A DNA stretch of 62,261 nt, counting the filler, from Rhabdomonas costata (taxonomy: Eukaryota): assembly GCA_019059605.1 (NCBI GenBank). It is 34 parts of 34 records of this genome, joined end to end, with 100 filler letters (N's around TTAATTAATTAA, not from the genome) between each part and the next. Parts side by side here need not be neighbours in the genome. Positions count along the whole stretch, not along the records: positions 53,198 to 54,929 come from JAHMHO010009887.1; positions 55,030 to 56,762 come from JAHMHO010009888.1; positions 56,863 to 58,595 come from JAHMHO010009889.1; positions 58,696 to 60,428 come from JAHMHO010009890.1; positions 60,529 to 62,261 come from JAHMHO010009891.1; 29 more parts are not named here. One strand, 5' to 3'. The position numbers and the translations under genes are program-made. Positions within the stretch are counted from its first letter, which is position 1; each line of letters begins with the position of its first letter. Of this stretch, positions 53,198 to 62,261 are shown piece by piece. A model generated the notes under the pieces. It saw nothing but the letters and a program-made list of their open reading frames with translations, did not search any database and had not been told where the DNA came from.

Positions 53198-54929
53198 AAA
53201 TAAGGGCCCGATTGTGCCAGGCGGAGTAGTTCGAGAAATTGCTCTCAATCCTGATTTGGGTAAACTGCAGCTCCTGGGCATCGTTGTACACCGCTGCAAA
53301 AAGGTAGGAGCTCACAACAGTGTGTGCATCAAAATGCGCGAACATCCCCAACAAAGAGCGCCACTATGCCGGTAGGATGCATCCCTGATACAAATTATCG
53401 GTGTGGGGTTTGTGTGGGGTCTGCGGCGAAACATAAGAGTTGACTTTTAGGATGAATCTCTTTATATCCCTATATCTCTATATCTCTTTATATCTTTATA
53501 TCTTTAAGTTTATCTTCGACTCCAGCAGCGCAAAAGCAGGGCAGAGGGGTGACAACCTGAACTCTCCGCAAGAGCTGTGATGAACCGGCGGTAGCCCCAG
53601 CAGTGGAAGTTTCGCTCGTCCTGCTTCAAGGCCTTGGCACAAAGGGCCAGCTTAGCGGAAAAAAATTGTGATGGGCCTCAACAATGTGCGTCAAAAGTCA
53701 AAGAAAAAAAATAAGAAACCATGAAGTCACGACACATTTCAGCTGACCCGCCACTGCCACGCATATCGTTGAGAAACTTCCGGAAGGCAGTTTTTTTTTA
53801 CAGCGCTTTCGTTGCAAGGGTGCGAGGGGCTAGAGACGCGTGATTTGTGTGAAAAGTGGAGCCACTGAATCACACTGGAGGTGGTGTCAATGAAAAGCCA
53901 CGGCTTGTGCTAGCGAATCCAACAAAACTCTTTCTGGAGAAGCTCTGGGGTACCAAAGCGGGTCAGGACCCACTTGCGATGATACCACGTCCCGTATGAC
54001 TTGGGATCCCGGGTTGTAATGACCTCCAGAGTGAAATCCAGTTCAGCTTTGATCACCGAAGCCCTCGTCTACGGCAACGCAGAGGACGTGCCAAGTTCAG
54101 CACAACGGTGGGTAGACTCTCTTCACCTCGGGTGCAACAGGTCTTTTTTTGCACCTCATGTAACGTCACCTCGGCGAATCATTCCGACCGCACTCCCAGA
54201 CTGGCCTCTTTCAGTTGAGTGCAATCCTAACACGCCAATCTTCGGGAACACCATAGATTTTCGAAGAAACCCCAGTGTGCACAGTTGAGCACATTGTACC
54301 TCACCTCTTGCATTACATCACATCGCCTTCCAGAAACCCGAATTACTTCGCAAATGACTGATTCACCCGAAGCTATGCCAGCTCCAAATGGTAACCCTAC
54401 CCCTACCAAGGCATTTTTAATTCCATTCCTTTCCAGTTCAAACGAATGCCGTTTTGCACACGGACGTCTCGTTTCTCACGTTTGCACCGTTTTTGTCGCA
54501 TATTTTCCGTTTTCCGCTCGGCCAATGGAAGGAGAACATAACAGCCTGAACAAAACATGACCTCAGATCCCTTCCCATCTGGAGACTCGGCCTCACAGCG
54601 AGCAGGGCTCGGAGTAGAATCGCGCTCAACCCTGGTCAAACCAACATTCCCAAAATCAGCAAACTCTCTCGAAGAACCTTCAAGTCCAAAAGAGCAGGGA
54701 GGAAGACGTACCCAAGAAGACCACACACGACCTCCTTGCGAGTGTTCCACATGGTCAAGTAGTCAGGGCTAATCAACAGAACCTTGTTCAGAAGACTAAG
54801 CATGTCTCGCAGTGCAGCCTCGTGGCCTGAGTTTGTGGTGTGGCACCAGCCTGGCTGGCCTCGCTGGAGGGCTCTGCTCTGCTCTCGTCGGCGGTGGTGG
54901 TCGGCGTTGACGATGGCCTCAAACAAACA
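53198..54929 (-). CDS. RABGGTA: Rab geranylgeranyltransferase alpha subunit, internal part; exons 54929-54712, 54631-54562, 54068-53928, 53650-53557, 53293-53198
   Basis: VLLISPDYLTMWNTRKE...AELDFTLEVITTRDPKSYGTWYHRKWVL...KE|LALCAKALKQDERNFHCWGYRRF...ELQFTQIRIESNFSNYSAWHNR are diagnostic RABGGTA/Bet4 PPTA repeats. Confidence 0.95.
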
Positions 54930-55029
54930 NNNNNNNNNNNNNNNNNNNNNNNNNNNNNNNNNNNNNNNNNNNNTTAATTAATTAANNNNNNNNNNNNNNN
55001 NNNNNNNNNNNNNNNNNNNNNNNNNNNNN

Positions 55030-56762
55030 GTTAGTCCCACTGTAAGCCTTTCTCCAACGTCAACAGCCACTCAAACGGGCACACCGTCCGCAACTGCCAC
55101 CCTCTCGCCGACAACCACAATTTCACCGACATCTAGCCCAAGCTGTACTTCAACCTCCACTCTCACACGTTCGCCTACGTCTTCGCCCACTGTCACGTCA
55201 AGTTTCACTCCAACCTCCACCCCATCCTCAAGTTCAACGCTTTCTTTCACGAACTCTCTCACATCGACGTCGACACTAACCACCACTCCTTCTACTACTC
55301 CTAGCCCTACTGCAACGACCACAGCAACACCCACTGTGTCTCCTAGTTTTACACCCACTTGCAGTGCCACACCCAGCCCCACTTGCACTCGCACCGCCAC
55401 GCTCACCATGAGCTCAAGTTCCACACATACCATTACCCCGAGTCCCTCACCGTCATCCACTCGGACGTATTCTGCCACCCCTACGGAAACTGACACCCAA
55501 AGTCCAAGCGCATCTCCTACAGACACTCTGAGTACCAGTTCAACTTCCTCGCTAACGGTCAGCCCTACCTCTTCTCCGTCTCTCTCGCCTTCATCCACAC
55601 CATCATTTACTCCCTCTCCCAGCCCAACCACCACGCCCACATGCACGCCTTCTTTCACTTCTACTCTCACTCCAACATTTACTGTGTCAGACACAGTGAC
55701 CCCTACTCTGTCGTCCACGTTTTCGGCGACGGCTTCTCCGACACCCACTTATTCACTGACCGATTCACCCAGCCCGACGCCTACGTGCACGCTGACAACA
55801 AGCCCAACATGTAGTCCCACCGCGTCATCGAGCTCTAGCCCGACTGACACGCCCACTTACACTCCCACTTCTTCGCCAACATGCACAACAACATCATCTG
55901 GAACCCCGACGTTAACGTCTACATTCAGCCCAAGCTTCAGTCCCACTTACAGTCCAACCAACAGCCCCACCTCCTCTCCGTCGTTGAGTCCCACCGCCTC
56001 CCCAACAAATTCCCCAACGTCAACTCCGACTTTTTCTTCCACTTCTAGCCCAAGCTCAACTCCGAGCTGTACTCCCTCTGTGACGTTCACTCTCACTCCG
56101 ACATCAACACCATCCTCCTCAAGTACTCCCAGCAGCACCACCACCTATACGCCGTCATCCAGCCCCACGCTCAGCATCACCCCAACTCCGACGCCGTCTT
56201 CAACCTTCTCTCCTAGTAATACGCCCACGGTATCTCCCACGTCTACACCCACCTTCACGGTTACGGGCAGCCCAAGCCCTTCTCCAACCTCATCTCCCTC
56301 AGCTTCGCCATCGCAGAGTCCCACCTCAACTCCAACGCTCAGTCCCACCTCGTCGCCCACCTACTCCCCGACGCTCTCCCCAAGCGCTACACAAACATTT
56401 ACTCCATCCCCCACACCTTCTCCGAGTTTGACTCCAAGTTCGACGCCGACGATAAGTGCGACCCTTTCTTCTACACTCTCGCCCACTGTAACACCCACTC
56501 CTTCCTTGACAAGCACACCCACGGGCACCTGTTCTTGTACACCCACTTCTAGTTTCTCATCAACCTTGAGCTTCACTCCAACGTTCACTCCGACACCCAC
56601 CCCAACCCCGAGCTCGACACCCACTCAGAGTTCCACCGTTAGTCCCACTGTAAGCCTTTCTCCAACGTCAACAGCCACTCAAACGGGCACACCGTCCGCA
56701 ACTGCCACCCTCTCGCCGACAACCACAATTTCACCGACATCTAGCCCAAGCTGTACTTCAAC
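55030..56762 (+). CDS. Ser/Thr/Pro-rich mucin-like repeat protein, open across the whole contig (no start or stop)
   Basis: The frame from 55030 is stop-free and is almost all S/T/P tetrapeptides (SPTx, TPTx) with varied synonymous codons. Confidence 0.85.
56638..56762 (+). repeat. 125-bp exact direct repeat of the contig start (55030-55154)
   Basis: GTTAGTCCCACTGTAAGCC...AGCTGTACTTCAAC is present at both contig ends, offset by 1608 bp. Confidence 0.95.
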
Positions 56763-57483
56763 NNNNNNNNNNNNNNNNNNNNNNNNNNNNNNNNNNNNNN
56801 NNNNNNTTAATTAATTAANNNNNNNNNNNNNNNNNNNNNNNNNNNNNNNNNNNNNNNNNNNNTGTGGTGTTGAATTTGCGTCTGGGTATGTGAATGTGCG
56901 TGCGTGTGCCTATGCTGGAATCCGTTAGGAGGGCACCGCGGCGGGCAGGCGAGAGCAGCCCTGCGGAGAGCCATTCCAACCGGATTCCAGCATAGGCACA
57001 CGCACGCACATTCACATACCCAGACGCAAATTCAACAGCCAGCAAACTAAATGTATAATATCGCTCGTGTGAGGATTTCCGGATTCCCGCACTGCACCGC
57101 TTGTTCATGCTGCATAACGAACTACGCTTCTTTAGTGGCAATACAAACCACTTAACACACACATTTGTACGGTCGACAAGTCTGCAAACTGTACAATGTA
57201 TTAACCACAGAATGCCAACAAATGTCCAAGGGTCAAAGGTCCTCCACCACAATGCATTTCGTCAAATTCAGTGGAGTTAGACCCCCCCACCCCAGACGCA
57301 AACAAAGACAATCGCGCGCCACCATCGTTAGCACGGACCGAAGCGATGCCGCTGGCAAATACACGGCACTTCGCTACAGGTCTAATGATTTTTGTGCTGC
57401 TCGCCATGTGGAAAAGCAGAGCAGCTTCTCCGTAGCATGGGCGTGTAAAGTGCAAACGAACGTGTAACACGAACGCTACACAC

Positions 57484-58194
57484 CAAGCAGGGCGAAGATC
57501 AGAGTGATGAAGGACATCCCCAGCAGCTGGCTGCCTGCGCCAATGTACGCTGCCAAGAAGTTGGCGTTCTCCGGGGTCCGGAAGACGTCGGCGTGGAGCA
57601 CTTTCCACCCGGTCTCCTCCTGCAGACCCCAAAAACCCCACCATGCGACGCACAGCCTATCCATTCCACATCACACAAGCCGGTAAGCCTTTGCCTTTGC
57701 AATGTGAAAGAATATCTGTTGGACGCTGTCACCCTGTAGCGTGTTTTCTTTCACCGAGGGAGCGCGAAGTTCCAGCTGACGTCTTCCACGCTGCTCCTCG
57801 CGAGAGGGAGTGTGCGGCAGACCAGAGCGGCAACAGCGGCAAAGGCCTTGCCAGGAAGTAAAACCTCGGGACCCCTGTCGCGAACGAGCTCAGAACAGCA
57901 ATTCAGCCCACGCCCTTACCGAGAAGAGAAGTAGCTGCGCACTTCTCACGCCATAAACCATCATTCATGAGGCAAGGGGGTTTCCAGGGAGACAGCACGG
58001 CCAGCCATGGCTTCCGGAGGTGGACAGGACAAAAGGACAGTTTAAGTATGCGTATGTGTCCGGACCGGTGGGTGGGAGGTTGCGTGGAACTGAGACCTGA
58101 GCCTCATCCTCGTTCTCAGGGTTGTTGTAGCGGTTGAAGTCCTTGTGAAGGGCGCGCAGCAGGATCATCGCCACCATACCCGTCAGGCAAAGCA
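57484..58194 (-). CDS. Transmembrane 9 superfamily (EMP70/TM9SF) protein, internal exons 58194-58097 and 57619-57484
   Basis: LTGMVAMILLRALHKDFNRYN...EAQ|EETGWKVLHADVFRTP...GAGSQLLGMSFITLIFALLG is the canonical TM9SF signature. GT-AG intron. Confidence 0.95.
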
Positions 58195-58695
58195 CTGCAC
58201 ATCAGCATGAAAAAACAAGAGAGAGCCCACAGAGAAAAGTCGTTATGCCCTCTCCACTTGAAGGAGAATCCCCAAAATCATCTTCCACTTCACCTTTTCC
58301 ATCCCCTCCCCCATCTTCTTCTCCCTCTTTCTCTTTCTCTCTCTAACTGAGGAGTTTGGTCACGAGTGGAGATCGGGTCCGCGTTACAGCCGGATCCTTG
58401 ATGACGACACGCTCTCAATTGCGGGGAACCGAGGGTCCCCTCGACTACTAAAGGCTATGTAGTGGGCAGCACGGACTGCAGCCTATTGTGGTCCCCTTGG
58501 GGAGCGGGAGAAGCGCGCAACGACTCGGCCCACTCGTTGTTTCATAACCAACAGCTTGAGTTCAGCGCCCTCCTCCGCAAGGGGACCACAAACCCNNNNN
58601 NNNNNNNNNNNNNNNNNNNNNNNNNNNNNNNNNNNNNNNTTAATTAATTAANNNNNNNNNNNNNNNNNNNNNNNNNNNNNNNNNNNNNNNNNNNN

Positions 58696-59917
58696 GGGTT
58701 GGTGTGCATCATGGGATAGCTCACCGCGAAGGCATCCACCACAGGAACCCGCAGGGTGGCCATCCGGGCGGCGGCGTACCGGTTGAGTAGTTGCAGGCGG
58801 TAATTGTTGCGCCAGTCCAGGGACCGGCGCTCACCTGGAAGGCTGAACCGTAGCCGAGGCCCGCTAGCCTTCTTCGGCTGCCAGGCAGTGGTAGTCACCC
58901 ATACCTGCAAATAGAAATCCCTCCAACCAACTTGGGGTAGTTGCCCTGCCGAGCCCATCAGGTGACAATCTCCCAAAGAAAAATTCCACTGGGCGAAAAG
59001 ATGAGAGAGATTTTCACAATCGAGAGTCCGCTTTTAACTTTCATTCCATTCACTTGAAGGGTGTTTCTTTTTTTGGTTGCTTTTTGTTGACTTCCTCGTC
59101 GTCGTTCCTTCTTCCCCGTCTTGTCAGCTGTTCGTCGCCAATGTGCGATACGTCGTTCACTCACACAACAGGTCGTCATCTTCGACACGTTCCCCCTCCC
59201 CAGGCGCAAGTCCTCAACATACTCGAACTGGGAGTCACGAAAAGCTCTCTTGGCTGCGTGGGGTGTATCCCTCACGGGAAACGTGGGTGACGGGAAGCAG
59301 GAATTTTCATAATGGTATGTCGATCGAATGGTTGAATATGCAGAAATATCGCTACAAACCCACGCAGAGTGGCACAGCCACACCGAGATACTGCAGCAAC
59401 AGAAAGAAGTCACACCACTCGCTTTCCACTGCGAAGTGCATCCTGAAGAATTGGCACGAATCGCTCCGTTGTGTTGACGTATCTCATAAAGGGCCAATGG
59501 CCATCCTTTGAAAGAAGAAGTGTCGTGTGGTTGTTCTGAAAGATAACCTCAATATGGCACCAACACCAAGTCAAGAAAAGAGAGGACAAATATCCTGGAT
59601 CACAGCAGGGCAAAACTAAAAGACGAATCCGACAGAGAGATGCGAAAGATGAGACGCAGAACGAAGGGAATGGACCGGATTAGCGCACCCTGTGATTTTG
59701 ACCAGCTTCATCATATCTCAGAAAAATGATGGAGGCGCTCACCCCAGTACAAATTAGGCAGGATTCCTTCGGGCACTCCTTTCTTTGTGGCCTTCAAACC
59801 ACAACGTCAGATCAAACATAAGGGTGAAGGTGAGGCAGAGGATTCAGAGCGCACCTGAAAGCAGCAGCCCACTCCAGCTGCAGGATGCTGCCCATAGCCG
59901 ATAATGGAGATGTCGTT
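58696..59917 (-). CDS. SGNH/PC-esterase-like protein, exons 59917-59873, 59505-59416, 58904-58696
   Basis: NDISIIGYGQHPAAG|DGHWPFMRY...ALRSGKRV|VWVTTTAW...RLQLLNRYAAARMATLRVPVVDAFAVS joins in frame and fits the C-terminal half of an SGNH fold. Confidence 0.65.
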
Positions 59918-62261
59918 CTGCTGAATGTGCGTGGCAACGTCAACCTACTTCCAACAAAAAACCCCAAGGCGTAAACATGTGGGGGTTATGTCTCGAGACA
60001 TATTTGGCGGATAAAGTGTTTGGATTCCGTTGGGAGGCTCCACCCAGTGCCCAGCACCCCTCTCACGCTCGCCTAACACTCAGACGTAAAGCCGGTTAGA
60101 AGACCACCAAAAAACCTTAATGGGCACTCCATTGTATTACTTCACCGCACCTTAGCGCACATCCCTCACTCCCCACCACCAAAAAAAAACAAGAGGAGGC
60201 AAAAATATTCCATCTACTCCACCCCAGAGCCCCCCTCCCCGAAGAAAGGGCGAAGCCGAAGCAGACCTGAGCTCTCTATATATGTGCCGTGAGCCTCCCT
60301 AAACGCTGAGCTGGTGTGGAGGTGCACCCCCACCTGACCACTTCAATCAATAACCTCTCCTCGGAAACACGCCCAAGCCCCACCCTCCAGCACTTAATTC
60401 CAGGGCCGATGCATGCACACCACACCACNNNNNNNNNNNNNNNNNNNNNNNNNNNNNNNNNNNNNNNNNNNNTTAATTAATTAANNNNNNNNNNNNNNNN
60501 NNNNNNNNNNNNNNNNNNNNNNNNNNNNGTTTGTTGTGGAACGCAATGGTGCGCATTCCTGAGCAATTGCCACACTTTGGATTAAGTACACAGGGAAACA
60601 CAATGCGATAAGAGGTACCCTTTATAAAATCCACGTTGTTTCTGGTGCTTGCGTTTTTCGTCTGACTGAAGGCGTAGGATCTGTCCCGCTCGCTGTTTCC
60701 GTGCCTCCACAGCATATCGACGGCTCGTCCTCTGTTCCGTGAGTAGCACCGCATATTGCCAACTTGGCAAAGGTGACAGGACCCGCTTTCCCCCAAATGT
60801 GCCCCTAGGGACAGCTAGGGAACATCTGCTCCTCCTGACCTTTGGACTCACAAGTGGGAGCGTCACCAGGAGAAAGCAAGGGGTTCTCACAATGAGCAGC
60901 TCAAACTTCAAAAGTGCGAGCACAAACCTGCGATCGATCGCCGGAGTCAGTCCTCGGAAGGTATTTGGTGATGTCAGTGAAGAAGGCTGGTGATCGTTGG
61001 GCTCAGGCTCAGGCTGCAAACAATCATCCAAAACACAACAACATCATCGCTGGATGTGCTCTTGCGCTTCACCTTGGGTAGGATTTAGCCTCGTCCGAGT
61101 GAGTGTAGTGCAAGGTTGCGGCGTACTCTTGAACCGTCAGGAAGGGATGCCACCATATGAAGGCGCCACGTTGCGGGGTCCTTTTGGTTGCTGATGAGAG
61201 ATGACTAAACTCAATCCTCTCCATAGTGAAAAATGGCAAATGATTCCGAATTCTTTGGTACTCCTTGCACAAGGGCTATTCTTGCTCCTATGACATAGTT
61301 GTCCCCCTGAAATTCCTTCTTGTACCAACAGGTTCCCTTGCTCAATTGTGAAGTCTCCAGGAGGAATAAAAGATTAAAAGTTGAACTAAAAACCACCATA
61401 AAATGCTCAAAATTAACAAAAAAAAGGAAAAAGAAGAAGAAGAAGAAGTAAAATTTGGTCGAAATAGCCCCGAATAAGCAAACATAGCCCCCCCCAAAAG
61501 ACATTTCCCGTATCCCCCGAAAAGAAAACGTTGATATTTGATATAGGTATTTTGTGTTTTGTGTGTTTTGTCCCAACAATCACCCACGAGGGGAAGACGG
61601 GACAAAGGTGCAGAATTAATCGCCTTTTCAGGATCATTTTATTTCTTTGCCTTTATTTTCTGTGTTTTTCTAAAAGAAACGAGGCACAAACGAACGGGGT
61701 GCCCGCAAGACCCACACGCGGTAGCTCAAAGACAAAGACAAAGAGATGACCATGCCAGAGCGAGTCAAGTTGATGGCAGCTGGGCAGTCTCCCCTTGCCC
61801 AGCGACACAAGCATGCTTATCAGCTCTGGTCATAACTCGACAAACGGCGGGATAGACCACCCAGCCTGGCTCACACGGGACCAGTCCACAGCCCACAGCG
61901 TCACTTCGGCACACACAGGGCGAGCTGCTCGCCAGTCTTCAGCGTTTTTTTTTGTTCGTGTTTTTCGGGCCGAACCACAAAGACCCACTCCGCCACTGAG
62001 ACAACGCCTCCGACAGCGGGGAGGGAGAGAGCACAGTACAAAGGAGAGTTAGCTTAACTCACCTGCTCCACTCCCGTCAGTGACGTACACCTTCTGATTG
62101 AAGAAGCCTCCGACTCCGGCGGAGCAGCTGGGAGTGTGACGTCATCGCATGACTGCCGTTCTCCTGGAGACGCGATACGCAGGATATTTCCACCAACGCA
62201 ACCGAGAATCCGGAAAGAATGGAATGAGCGAATACAACACGTGACATGACTGCAACAAAAA

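Noticed and set aside
55071..56624. Val/Gly/Glu-rich minus-strand ORFs as articulin-like proteins
   Set aside because: They are antisense shadows of the S/T/P ORF, are broken by stops, and lack VPV repeats.
56863..57037. Inverted repeat with arms of about 57 bp and a loop of about 55 nt
   Set aside because: It sits at a contig start and shows the same artefact pattern.

Overview
This window is not a contiguous locus. It is 34 unrelated contigs of about 1.73 kb, joined by an artificial 100-bp spacer (44 N + TTAATTAATTAA + 44 N), so gene neighbourhood across spacers means nothing. The DNA comes from an intron-rich eukaryote. By inference it is a euglenozoan, probably a euglenid, based on GTNYG-type donor sites, a CRE/SLACS-like retroelement and a kinetoplastid-like ArfGAP1 motif. 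G/T-only contig starts, A/C-only contig ends and terminal fold-back palindromes point to whole-genome-amplified material. Manual splicing recovers partial genes for Rab2, farnesyltransferase alpha, Rab geranylgeranyltransferase alpha, MYBBP1A/Pol5, ArfGAP1, an ABCG transporter, a PPIL6-like cyclophilin, a GH3 hexosaminidase, arylamine N-acetyltransferase, an FAD monooxygenase, TM9SF, RPC3, and WD40, GT25, SGNH and alpha/beta-hydrolase proteins, plus one complete intronless F-box/LRR gene. The most notable signals are a probable non-GT-AG intron in RabGGT-alpha, an atypical 5' splice-site consensus, a collapsed in-frame 1608-bp tandem repeat encoding a giant Ser/Thr/Pro protein, and two dispersed repeat families. 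I found no rRNA, tRNA, CRISPR array or convincing novel multi-gene system. All protein names come from motif recall, not database searches.
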